DNA from: Owenia fusiformis
Taxonomy: Eukaryota
Direction of reading: 5' to 3'
NCBI GenBank assembly: GCA_903813345.2
Contig: CAIIXF020000001.1
Coordinates: 17,236,001 to 17,300,000 of the forward strand
Length of the DNA: 64,000 bases
Shown here: positions 37,501 to 49,806 of the stretch, piece after piece
Position numbering within the stretch: the stretch's first letter is position 1
Layout of the letters: each line of letters begins with the position of its first letter
The notes under the pieces: model-generated
What the model was told of the DNA's origin: nothing
Seen by the model: the letters and a program-made list of their open reading frames with translations, nothing else
The model's database searches: none
Position numbers and translations under genes: made by a program

Positions 37501-40500
37501 CCCCATGAAGGAATTGATTTCTCCGGAGGAGCCTCGGTAGGAGCAACGATGTATCCTTATGGCTACAAGACAATAGAATGCTTGGCTATACCAGCATCTG
37601 GAGGTGACGAATGCGAAGATGGGAATCAACTTTTAAAGATTTCTATCAAAGATGTAGACCTGGCTAGATGTGGAATAAAAGTTCTTAATGAAGTAAGGGT
37701 TTGCAATTGACTCTAATTACTAAAGTAGTCCGTCAGTTAAAATCATTATCCAGACTGACCTATAGAAAGCTATATAATGAGTTTTATCTATTTTAGCCTG
37801 GACTGAAGAAATATGAGACTCTTATTGTGGTCCAAAGAAATCCAAACTCAATAGATTCGAATGATATATCCTTCCGCACTTACTGCACGTTCGATGACGT
37901 AAAGCAGTTGTCTTTTGAAGGAATAGGAGTCCTTGGGTAGGCTAAATAAATACTATATATATAGGGTACAACATGCGTGCATGTGCACGTACAGCTTAAA
38001 CTGAAAATAATTCCAAATGCAAAACTTAAGATAATTCATTGATTATAATTCCATAATCACTATTTAATTTAAAGTTGAATTTTTATTATTTTGCATTTAT
38101 GCTTCTTTCATGTTATCTCAATTCGAAAAAATGATTTAATAAGTTGGATTCATGTATGTGTGGTATTTATTTTAGAGTGCCTGGTAATTCCAACGGCGAT
38201 CATCTTGAAGCAGATATCCGCTTGTCGGTTGTTAATGCCCTCGGTCAAGAAATTCCAACGGGAGTAGCTCTTCGACTTGGCGATAGCATTGAGCTAGTAA
38301 TGTCTTTAGCTGATGATGGTTCGTTGAGTATCATTTTCAAAAAAATTCTTAAATTCAAGCCTAGATAACATCCGTTTTTTCAACACATTGATCGTGACTG
38401 CTATCTCACTCTCGCACTGTGCCGAATCACTAGAAGTTTTATGACAACTCTTTGTTTAAAAGGGGGATAGTGTAAAATATTTTGCCTTAATTTTTTTTAT
38501 TTTGTTTTCAAAGGTACCTATGGATCTATGAAGGTAGAGCGATGTACAATCTCAAGTGAATCAGAAATGCCCAGTACATCGGCTGTAACTATTCCAGTCA
38601 TCACAGATGGGTACATACATTTGCGTTATTTATTTTTATATCACCACTAACAAATGGTGATATCATGTTGTAGTAACCCATTTTTGCAACCGACATGCTG
38701 CATCGACAGTTTGCCAGTCGGCACATGCGACGTTACACTCTTGTGAGCATTTTTAAGTGTTTAATTGATGTATTCTTAAAACTCTTCTTAAATCATCCAC
38801 AATTCATTGAGTCTTGATTTCAATCATAGACATGGACTTCACTTTCATATTTCACTTTTTTCACTTTCATATTTCAGTAAAGCAGATGAATACCTTATTG
38901 TTTATTTGACATTGTAGGTGTCCAACTGATAATCAAGATCATATCACCAATGAAAATACATTCAAAAGAATAGAGGGATCCACTCATTACTTGAAAACAG
39001 GTCCCATCGAAGTGTTTAAACCAAGCAGAGGGACGTCTAGTTATGTTCATTGCACCGTAAAACTGTGTCTCACTAAGAATGAAGAACAATGTAAAATGGT
39101 AAAGTCAATGTTCTTATCAATTACTAACCATCTTCATAAATAAGAAAAAATATTTGCAGCCCGATTTATCTTCTTTAAAAGTAAACTTCATCTACCTAGT
39201 ATAATACAGGGTGGTCCAAAAAATGGGACACTCATATTTAAAAAATAAATATTGATTTTCTTGATGAAAACATGTCATATAATATACCGGTGCATAGGGA
39301 ATTCACTTATCTTTCATTTGGTATATCATAAATCGAAAATTTATTATAATATCTGTCAACCAGCGTCCATAATATAAATTATGTCATTTTCGTTTCAAAA
39401 CAGGTTTTCAAAAACTTGCAAAAATCAGTTTTTATCAACTTTATTTACATAAACAGATGTCCAAAATGTCCACCATTTTGATCAATTATACCCCTCAATT
39501 TTGGCCTAAACTGGTCAAGGGATCATTAATCTGCTGTTGAGACAATGAATTCCACTTCTCAACAATTCTATTCTTTATAATGGCTAGATGGGAGGGGTCC
39601 ATGGTACACTGATGCTTTTAGTTCTCCCAATGCGTGGTAGTCGCAAGAGTTGACACCGGATGATCCAATTATGTTGTTTTTATCATCCATTACATTTTCC
39701 AACAAGATGGAGCTCCAAGCCATAGATCCCACAAGTCTTTAAAGGAAAATGTGCCTAGATTCGCCCCCTCAATCACTGCCTCCGCCACACTCGATTCGAC
39801 TACCACTAATTGGGAGAACTAACAGAATTGGTGTACCATGAATCCTTTACATCTGTTCAGTCCCTAATGGCACAGTTATTGAGAAGTGAAATTAATTGTC
39901 TCAACAGCATATCAATGATGCTATCCGATTGACCAGTTTAGGCCAAAATTGAGGGCTATAATTGATCAAAATGGTGGAAAAAAATGGTCTGTTTATGTAA
40001 ATAAAGTTGACAATAAAACTTGGTTTGGAAAACCCGTTTTGAAACGAAAATGATGTCATTTATATTATGGACGCTGGTTGACAGACATTACAATAGATCT
40101 GAACATATGATATACCAAATTAAAGATTAGTAGATTCCCTATCGACTGGTATATATTATGACATGTTTTGATAAATGAAATCAATATTTATTTTTGAAAT
40201 ACGAGTGTCCCAATTTTTGGACCACCCTGTAGTATTATTCTCGTATATTATAGACGACCTGTCCAGCAAAGTCAGGCGGCAATCGGAGAAAACGTGCAGT
40301 TGATAGTGCTAGCGCAACTGTTAAAGTTGGTTGGAAGGTATTCGGAGAGGGAATCGCAGATGGAAACACAGGTAAAATACAAATATTTTTTCTTAAAGTA
40401 ACTTTCTGTAGATTGAGTGAGTAATTTATTACCACGCAGGACACTTCTGCACTTGTTTCAATTCAATTAAAAAGTGTAGGCTAGATGGATGTCGGCATTA

Positions 40501-40836
40501 TTTACACATGCATTTTTCTTTACAGATAATACCGTAGATACCCCTGTGAATACTGGAACAACCCCAGTCGTTGTGGGTGCCATATGTGGCGTCTTGCTCG
40601 TATGCTTAGCTGCCATACTGGTCCTTGGTGCTATTGCAAATAGGAGGCGTAAACGCAAAGCAGTGGACGCCATGGAATTGAAGACTACCGCGAGTTCGGG
40701 GGCAATTCCGGAAAAACCCGAGCCACAAGTTGTAGCATATGACAACCATGCTATGACTCCAATTGTCAAAATTCACCGACATCGAATTAACGACACACGG
40801 ATCAATCCTGAGAGTTTGGCATACAAGGATTTTTAA
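28529..40836 (+). CDS. Type-I membrane protein with tandem EB/EGF-like Cys-rich modules and a zona pellucida (ZP) module, 929 aa
   Basis: Exons 28529-28607 (signal peptide MEVFSHVHTLLSFLLAVLFLVDSVSS), 31593-31913, 32303-32437, 32733-32861, 33273-33401, 34396-34551, 34975-35127, 36034-36195, 36630-36791, 36918-37055 (EGF), 37457-37692, 37797-37936 (ZP-N, VKCTRDSMSV), 38176-38318, 38514-38610, 38918-39098 (ZP-C, DGCP and HCTVKLC), 40254-40371 (RRKR, VKVGWKVF), 40526-40836 (TM plus RRRKRK). Total 2790 nt, in frame. The donor at 38318 could instead be 38327. Confidence 0.88.
28727..29441. mobile_element. Tc1/mariner-type MITE
   Basis: TA|CAGGGTGGTCCAAAAAAGTGAAC ... GTTCACTTTTTTGGACCACCCTG|TA; imperfect TIR extends to about 48 bp. 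Confidence 0.9.
29715..30004. repeat. Foldback inverted repeat with about 110-bp arms and an internal partial direct copy
   Basis: GTACATTGGAGTAAGCACACCCTATTACAC... (about 29731) pairs with ...GTGTAATAGGGTGTGCTTACTCCAATGTAC (to about 29987). ACAACAAATCGGTGTACATTGGAGTA recurs at about 29845-29870. Confidence 0.75.
32900..33069. mobile_element. Small hAT-like MITE
   Basis: AGGCCCGTAGCCAG pairs with CTGGGTACAGGCCT. TAATGTA occurs at both junctions, consistent with an eroded 7-8 bp TSD. Confidence 0.55.
33538..34310. mobile_element. Degenerate Tc1/mariner-like MITE, right end lost
   Basis: Starts CGGGTGTCCCAAAAAGTG. About 33631-33679 is the imperfect reverse complement of about 34262-34308. Confidence 0.45.
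34712..34929. repeat. 40-bp-stem hairpin plus two further partial copies
   Basis: TTAGGGAGATTTCGCAACTCACTTATAGCATGTTTATTAT-ACGGAA-ATAATAAATATGCTATAAGTGAGTTGCGAAATCTCCCTAA (34712-34797). The right arm recurs at about 34820-34858 and about 34903-34929. Confidence 0.85.
39207..40229. mobile_element. Palindromic non-autonomous Tc1/mariner element with about 440-bp arms derived from the transposase 3' end
   Basis: TA|CAGGGTGGTCCAAAAA ... TTTTTGGACCACCCTG|TA. Arms pair inward to about 39645 and 39795. Remnants FQQDGAPSH (about 39697-39723, +) and VNSCDYHALGELKASVY...DQFRPKLRGIIDQNGGHF (left arm, -). Confidence 0.9.
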
Positions 40837-42331
40837 TTGATGATACATTGACACGATAATGTCACGATAATGTCACTGTGTGTATACCGTGTTCAGATGG
40901 AAACTTGAGTTATGGTTAGTGCATATGAACATATGCATGGGTTAATAATGCAATCAGAACATCAACGAAACTTTTATATGAAACCAGTTGGAAACTATGT
41001 ACCTGACTTGTGTCTGTAACTCAATTTTACTTTCAATGTTTCAATCTTTTGTAATTGTATTTTATACTCATATCTGGTTCTTTTGTCATTGTTTTGTATT
41101 TAGCGTAATGGTAAGACTTACAAAATACTACGAAAATGCATTATTTAAATATGTTTGTAAAATCTGCTCTATTCCTGTTTATATATTTAATATATTTAAT
41201 TAGTGATTAGATATGTACTGATAGTTAAATCATATTTAACAATGTACTTGTACAATTGTATATAGAGAATAGACTAAAAGTTGTTGCTTTCTAATTCAAA
41301 TTTTTTCATTTTATTTTCTTTGATCTTATTTCTACAAAATTATTGCATGCAATAATGTAACTCATTTTTACTGAGCGCATAACCTTGAAACTATACTGTC
41401 AAACAGACAAGTGGTTATTAGATTTTTCCAACTCTTTTTTCATTAAAAATTTTTTTTTCCAAATTAATTTTCAAAAGTTTTTTTCACATTTTTTTCAAAT
41501 ACATTTTTTCAATTTTTTAATAGTATCCGACGATATCACGTCATATGGATCGGATACGATTTTAGTGGTGCATACCAAAATCATCTTGTGTGGTTATCCC
41601 CATATATATTTAGTATCCATCGGATAAATACAAATAAAATCTGTTTTTGTTTATTGACTGAAATTAATACTCTGATATATTTGAGGTTCTGAGGCCCCAT
41701 GCAAAGTTTTAAAAATATTGCTTAATCATCAATTCCTCTCTTATTTTTCAATTAGTTTTCTTTTTATGACAAATTAGTGTTAATAATAGTTCAATAATAG
41801 ATACGTATGACGACAATTTAGGAGCTTCACGTATCACTTTTTGATAACATTGGGTAAGGCTTCAATATAAGACAATCTTGTTTACATGGGTCCTTTAACG
41901 AAATATCAATTGTATCAGTTTGATAAAATTCGTGTTTATCTTTGCATCTTGTAGTCAATAAAGTGTATTCTATCAAAGTTAAGTATATATTTACTATGTA
42001 TATGTATAAATCAATCATTTATGCCAAAACAAGTTCAAAGAAATGGCAGAAAAAATATAAGCACTTGTTTGGTATCGCATGTACAAATAAACAAAATTGA
42101 TTTTTGATATAACAATCCATGTGTTTTGACTAAATCTCAAAAGATTCATTGAGTCAGTTTGTACTAAGTCTAGGTATAAATCAATGAATATATTTAAATT
42201 GTATCAGTACATTTAGATCAATTATATGAGTACTTTTAGAGCAATTTAATGTAAGAGAAATGCATGCAAGTACAAACTTTCTAAATTGTCCCACAATAAA
42301 TGTAACAATAATGTATCAACAGTTATATAAA

Positions 42332-42699
42332 CAAGAGGAGGGAAAGCCCCAGAGTTTAAAGATGACAGACATAATTACCTCTCTTGCTTACCACCTTCGT
42401 TCGTTCGAATTTTCATCGGCTAGTTATCAAATACTACACTTCGATGGGATGTTTTAATTGATATAGGCATATTCCGTACACCTTTCTTTATCTTGATGTG
42501 AAATGAGAAGCTATGATATTGGTTAACACGCCAGAAATGAAAATAATATTATTCGAAGTGTATTTCGAAAATTTTGAAACCGCCATTGATGACGTAATTT
42601 GTTTGCCGACTTTTGACCAATCAGCGACGATGTCATCTCAATACAGATTTACATTATAAGCGTATGTCATCTTTGAACCCTGGTGTTTCTCCCCCTCTG
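42332..42699. mobile_element. Degenerate MITE, about 370 bp
   Basis: CAAGAGGAGGGAAAGCCCCAGAGTTTAAAGATGACAGAC versus the reverse complement of the right end, CAGAGGGGGAGAAACACCAGGGTTCAAAGATGACATAC; TA-rich flanks. Confidence 0.55.
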
Positions 42700-44549
42700 T
42701 ATATAAACGATGATATGTAGACTAAAGATCTGTTGTTTATTTATTTATGGATTCCTATTGTCATAATATTAAGCAATTCTAAATGCTCACAACTCATGAT
42801 TTTCGGATGATTTATCGACCTAAGGTCACCTAAACTAGGTACAATGTACCTATAGGCAATTAATTATGGCAATCAATATCTAGTCTAAACTAGGTAAAAT
42901 ATATTTAATTCGATCGGGTCATCATTTTGCAGCTGCTTATGCCAAAAATTAAGTATATTTAATATCGGGTAAAAAATGATGAAGAAATAAGCTTGACCCT
43001 AACGAAAAAAAAATCCGCAAAAAATAATCAAAATGCACTGGCAACTATTGGAAACGTTTGGTATTTTTTATTATTTTATTATAATCCAAATGCATATTGG
43101 AACCCAAATATTTAACGCTACAACATAGATTACGAATTCAAACTATATATTTGCAATGTTTACGTGTTTCATTGTTGATTGTATTAAAAAAATGAATACC
43201 CTCAAAGGCCCCATGTTAAATCCTCCAAATATTTTTTTCATGAACTGTGAAAAATCGTTTGAGACATGTTTTGAAAAAGTTGACTTTCGAAAAAAGATGT
43301 TAGCTACTCTTGAAATCCAGCCATTTCAGAATTTCAGATTAGACTGTAAAACACATTATTTCCAACACTCCATACGAAAGATCAAGTTGAAGTTTCACAT
43401 AATATACATTTTGATAACATTTGGTAACATTACGATTAAAGTCAACGTAGCTTAACCTTTTCCAGAGGCCTTAATTAAATAAGCACGTCTGATTTTCACG
43501 TCTTGAAACCATGGGAGCCTATGGTGAACCGGGATGGAAACATAAATAGTATACAATTTTAAAAGCTGGGAAGGTAAAAGCGCTTAAATTTCAAGCGCAC
43601 AAGTACTCCACACATGTGGAATAAAAAATGATGCATCGAGGTCTTACCATTTTTTGCAGATTGTTATCTCATTTCAACGCAAAGTTGATTTCATGTCCTA
43701 TTTCATTACACGATGGGATGAGAGTTGAGAAATTAAACATAAGGTAAATGTAAGAACATTTTTTCAAATTTATTATGTTTAAAACATATTTACATTGTGT
43801 ACAATATAAGTCGACAAGATGTTCAAAATATGTACCATTATATGTAATAGTATTTAGGATTGTATGGAAAGGCTGCACATTTAAATCAGTGAAGTTGATA
43901 CAGTAAAGTTGATACCACCCTGTAAATATGACAGTTGGAAATATTGCTCACGTACATGCATGAAGCAAGTGAATGCTTAACCTTAAAATGATAAAATGTT
44001 GCAAGCACCTTTTTCATTTTTACACTTTACTGGACCTGTATGAGTATTATATTTTTCAAGCTTTTTTACCGATTCATAAAGAACATAAGAAAGTTTATCC
44101 GGGTCAGTTGATGATGCAAGTTCGATGGCTGTTTAAACATTTGGAAATCATTGGATCATATTTAATCGATGGAAAGACTGATGTCAGTCCCGTCGTCACT
44201 AATTAGAAATCTGCTTCAAGTACTGACGCAGGTTTAGAAACTTATACTCCATAAATATTAATTACGAAGACATCGACAACATGTTATCCTATCTACATAT
44301 ATTCGAGTGTTATTTTAACAAATATATAGATTTTTACAGCTACAAATTCAAAATAATATATAATACTATGTAGTTTACATCCTATATACAGATTACTTTG
44401 GTATGTAATTCGCCCATGTTGTTTGATTCAAAATTTCTCTAGGGTCAATTTCATTAAAACATTCCTCCTTGAATAAAGTAGACCATTTTAACACGTACTG
44501 ACCATTATACAGGTAAATAAAATGACCTAGTTTTTCAACAATTATGTCG

Positions 44550-47500
44550 TCACATTATGGGTATCTCATAATAATAAAAATTATTTTGTTTCACAAGGTT
44601 TCCTCCTTCCTCATATCTTTTGGAATTAAGTTCACATATGCTAGTTACTACTTCGTCGCTTAAAGTGTGAACCTTATAAGATTCACCAGCAGTCTTGACC
44701 GTTTTGATTTTGCCCTTTGAGGGCTTTTTTGATGGGTCTTTGGAATTTTTAGAATTTTCGGACCCTGATTTCTCAAAGTTGAAAGATTTGCAGCCCTCTT
44801 GTGTTATGCACTCCATTGCACACTGTATTGTATCTTCTTTCATAGTTGTCCTGATTACAGAGCCTACAAGTCGATTATCTCTCTCTCCGGCACGGAATTC
44901 TCCATATCGTTCTCTATCACCCCGGAACACTGCAAAATTATTTGATGCATTATATTTTGTGAATAAAGTGACTGTGATATTTGGCTCAGCTCAAATTTCA
45001 TATATTTCTTTGAAATAACTTGAAAGAGATAATGCTACACATGATTAAAGCAATTTGCAGATATAACATATCATTCGAAATTGTATATTAACACATAGTT
45101 ATGCAAGTATTATCACTTTCTGGTCAGTCAGAACACAAAATACCAGCCACTCTATATAAAAGTACTAAGCAAAGTTAAATTAAGCAAAAACTTGACGCAA
45201 CGTGAAAATTATGAATGATACTATTTATGTTTGGGCAACGCCCGTGTTTTTGTTTTTTTCCCCATTTTGTGCGCGTTGACGAGCGTTGATGATTTTTTTC
45301 AACGTTCAAGGAACGCTCCAGCAACGTCCGGGCGGTGTGACCGGGCCTTTATATGCGTGTCAAGTGTAAGGAGTTATTTCCGATTTGAACCCTGGGCATT
45401 ACACTTACGAGTGCATACAGGTTTATGATTATCCCATCGAACGGAGTTCGGAGGAATATAGGGAACGCCTACGTCCGTCCGTCCAGGCGATCACTCAAAT
45501 AACGTCGACCTGATTTTGTTCATATTTTGTACACATATACCCTATGGGGGTAGAAGTTCTGCTCGAAAGTCGATTTTCAAAATGGCCGCTCGTTTAAAAA
45601 TGGCGGCCATTTTAGTGGTGCCGACTAAGTAATTTAGGTACAATATATAAATTGTAATTAGTAATATGTTTTAAATTCAAAAAGTAATATAGGACATTAA
45701 TAAAGCTAGAAATGTCGATATTTAAGAAACACATGACAGCCATCTTAAAGATATGGCAGCCGTTTTTACATGCTATTTTACGATTTTTGCTGTAACTTGA
45801 ACAGTAGTGGAGCGATTTCGTTCATATTTGAGCATGGTACACTGTCAAGTGACACTTTGGGCAAAAGGTGGCCATTTTTGAAAAGTGGCTTCTATTTTTA
45901 CGTGTATTATTTTACGTTTTTAACTCGAAAAATGGCAGAGCGGGCGACGTGTGTCATTTTGCGTTTTTTACGATAATTCAAAATGTAATAGAGCGTTTTT
46001 GTTTGATATGCGAATACTCACACACTGTCTTATGACACTTTGGCTAGAAGGCGGCCATTTTTTAAGTGGTTGCGATTTTGTTGAGATTTCATATGTGCCT
46101 GCTTAGAAGCATATTATCTGATGGCTAGTGAGCGACCATTTTGTTATTTGTGTTTATATGCTATTTTACGATTTTTGCTATAACTGAAAAAGTGGTAGAA
46201 GGACGCTTTGGCGTTAATGTTTTCTGGTTGAATTTGAATTACTTTAAAAAAATTAATAAGTCAAGGACTGTCACAAATCAGTATTAGCCTAAAGCATATT
46301 GATTCGTGCTTAATTTTTGTCAGACAAAAAGGTACCGTCCCAACAGACCCCCTTTTCTGCCCCCATCAGAATCAAACTTATTTTGCAACGTTTTCATTTC
46401 CAAATGTTGTATAGGTCTGCATGTCATCACGAAAATACAATGCTATACGAGGGGACTTCTGGGACAACCCTCGTATATACTGCTATATGAAAACTTTACA
46501 TGCCAGTAGATGTCTGCTACAGGTTTTCCTTATTTTCTTCATATGATTTTTAGAGAATCAAAAAAGATTCCTCCTTTTATAAAATATAATGTCTTGATTA
46601 ATAGATACACTCGCAAGGAGTATATTAAGCAGGAATCAAAGATAAAAACCATTTATTTCCTGTCTCAATAGGGACACATTTAACAACAACCTTACACACG
46701 GATAATACATTATATCGTAAAGATTAATGGTGAACCCTTCACTCTGACATCATTTGTTTATTAACCCAGATATTGTACATCTCACTGCACAAAGCCATAA
46801 ACTTTAGGATTTATAGAATTGATGCTGAGCTTAGATGATTAGATTCTATTATACTGATGTTTAGGTAGCGTCCAATAAATATCAATAATTAAAGGAAATT
46901 GATAATCTAGCGATATCAGTTGATCAAAGTGCAGGGGTGTATATAATGATTGTGTTTACGCTAGGAAACAATTAACGATTGTGTTTAATTATTATTCCTA
47001 TGTTTTTCCATTCTCCTGGTGTGTGTGTGAAAAAAAGAACAATTGACAAAAATTCTGAATTTATTTCATGTATTCTCTCAGACACATTTAAGGTGCCCAG
47101 ACTTCATCAAATAGCACCTTTGTATGGTCAATGTATATGGGGACAAGCACTTGCTCCCCCTCTGGCACCCCAGCCCTACTCCTCACCCCCCCACAAAACA
47201 ATTGGGAATGTTTGGAAGTTGCATTTGTTAATTTTAAACACTTTAAAAGTGCCCAGAAATCACCAAGTGACATAATGAAATCATAAATAATTCTGACACA
47301 GCATCCCAAAAACTAAAGCATTCATTTACTCAAACAAACACATTAAAAGTGCTCAGTTAGTAAAATTTCCTGTGCTGCCCACTCGCTCCTCTAAGAAGAA
47401 AATGATTAAGAAATCAGAGTTTCTTTAAATTGATTCTATTGCCTTCTAGCACACCCTCCCTATTCCAATGTTTCTCCAAATTGCTCATACAAGATTTAGT

Positions 47501-48038
47501 CTAAAAACAATAAAATACTACAAAATAGGCTGAGTGGCCTTAATATAGAGAGTAACTGACTCCCAACTGACTCCCCTCTGACTTACGCGATTTGATTTAC
47601 GCGGAAAAAATGACAATTTTATTTTCTCTTTATTAAAAACCGCACCCCCTTAGAGAAAAATGTCTTACGGGCCTATCTCTCCTGTGTCATTTATTTTATT
47701 TCCGACGTTCTATAATTCATTCCAGTTCGATCATTTATAATTGGAAATTGACAGCTTAATATTAAGAAAATTGGTCAATAACAGGGTTTTAATACGAAAA
47801 AATGTGTAATTTAGCAATGTAAACAAACGGAAGGAAATAGAAAACTCACATTTGCATTTGCCGTAATCACATTTTACGGTTTCATAGTCATTTCCTTTGC
47901 AGTTAGCTTTTGTCTTTCCACTTTTTCCTATTTCAGTTACCGATGGGCAATCCCGAGTTCGAGTCCGCTTTCCTTTGCCACATGTTCTCGTACAAGCACT
48001 CCAACTGCCCCATTCCCCCCAGTTGTCTTTGGCATTGT
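44550..48038 (-). CDS. TSP1 (thrombospondin type 1) exon plus PAN/apple-domain terminal exon; probably the 3' part of the Ly6-repeat gene, or a separate gene starting at 48090
   Basis: Exon 48038-47850 encodes WGEWGSWSACTRTCGKGKRTRTRDC (phase 1-1, donor GTGAGT). Exon 44929-44550 encodes CAMECITQEGCKSFNF...CELN...YYE and ends in TGA. Phases match. Confidence 0.85.
45428..46200 (+). mobile_element. Helentron-associated (HINE/DINE-1-like) non-autonomous element
   Basis: 5' TTATCCCATCGGAACGGAGTTCGGAGGAATATAG with a short inverted repeat, then a (GTCC)n microsatellite at about 45473-45485 and degenerate internal repeats (AAAATGGCCGC/GCGGCCATTTT; ATGCTATTTTACGATTTTTGCT twice). The 3' end is not defined. 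Confidence 0.5.
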
Positions 48039-48479
48039 CTGAAAGTACCAAGAAAGACAGTGGAATGGCCAGTAGTAGAATTCTAGTCATCTTCAGATCT
48101 ATCTAATTATCGCACTGGTCAACCTATGGCTTTTAAATACACTCTACTATACCTAACCCCTAGAAATGCATAAGATACTCTGTTTGTCTAATTGTATTGT
48201 TAAGTATATTTTTGAACGAACCTTATTAACATTCTAGCAGGCATCCAATAAACTATTAATAAGGAACAGAAAAATAAAAAAAATAACAAAATCATTATTA
48301 TAAGCCAAATAGTGGAGACAATTACGGCAATAAAACTCTAGAATATTGCACAATGCACATACTAGCACCATTTTTTGACATAAGTATCACTAATACATAT
48401 ATTTTCGATATCTAACAAAGTGGTGTTGAAAAGTGGCCCCATTTGATAATAGCAGGCATTGAAAATTGTGGACATTTAC

Positions 48480-49806
48480 ATTGAGCTCCATGTTAATTTA
48501 TCAATCTTCAAAATATCCCCTGATAAACAGTTTTAGATTAATAAAGCCAATATTTTCAGGATGTTACAATAACATGATTATCTTCAAAATAAGAAGGGTT
48601 ACATTTTTTCTTTTACCTAGTTCCAAAGATATTTGCGTTTGAATTTTTGAACTTCCCCATTGGCTGCCACTATATAAACGGCTATCAATATGGTTTTACT
48701 AAAGCATCTTTTTCTCTTAGCCGTTAAAAACTATAAAAGACCTATTTTGAGCCGCATGTTAAATTATCTATCATCAAAAGACCCCCTGCAGAACAGTTTT
48801 AGAGTAATCATGCCAATTCTCCTAGTATGTTGCAATAACATGATTATCCTCAAAATAAGAAGGGCAAATTTTTTTCTTTTACCTAGTTCCAAAGATATTT
48901 GAGTTTGGATTTTGGAAATTCCCCATTGGATGCCATTATAAACGGCTATCAATATGGCTTTACTGAGGTGTCTTTTTCTCAAAAATTCCAAGGTGAAATG
49001 TTCTAGTATTGCAGATTTCTATAGTTAATATATTGATTTAAAAAGAATCAAACAGGTACATTTCTGAAAATTTATTATTTTCGTTATATTTAGCCGTTAA
49101 AAACTATAAAAGACATAATTATCTTCAAAATAAAAATCAAAATCTTTTTGTTTTACCAAGTTCCAAAGATATTTGAATTTGAATTTTGGAAATTCCCCAT
49201 TGGCTGCCATTATTAACGGCTAACAATATGGCTTTTCTAAAGTTTCTTTTTCTCAAAAATTCCACGGTGAAATTCTCTAGAATTGCAGATTTCTATCGTT
49301 AATATATTGAATTGATAAAAATATATTGAGCCCCATGTTAATTTATCAATCTTCAAAAGATCTTTTGCAGAACAGTTTTAGAGTAATAATGACCATTCTC
49401 CGAGTATGTTACAATAACATGAATATCTTCAAAATAGGAAGGGCTGACTTTTTTCTTTTACCTAGTTCCAAAGATATTTGCGTTTGAATAATCCTATTGG
49501 TTGCCATTATAGACCGCTATAAATATGGCTTTACTATAATAGAGTGTCCTTTTCTCAAAAAGTCAACTATGGAATTTTCTAATATTGTATATTCCATTGT
49601 TAATATATTGATTATTTGAAATCAAACAGCTACTTTTCTGAAAATTTCTTATTTTAAACATGATTAGCCATTAAGTTAAAGATTGACAAATTAACATGCG
49701 GCACAATATGTTTTTTATAGTTTTAACAGCTAGATATATTTAAAATAAGAATTTTTCAGAAATGTGCTTGTTTGATTTTTTAAAATCAATATATTAACTA
49801 TAGAAA
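48480..49806. repeat. Irregular tandem array of about 270-300-bp units (4 copies) ending in an inverted copy
   Basis: Core TTTTACC(T/A)AGTTCCAAAGATATTTG...CCCCATTGGxTGCCA occurs at about 48611, 48877, 49151 and 49456. About 49680-49806 is an inverted copy of unit segments. Confidence 0.8.
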
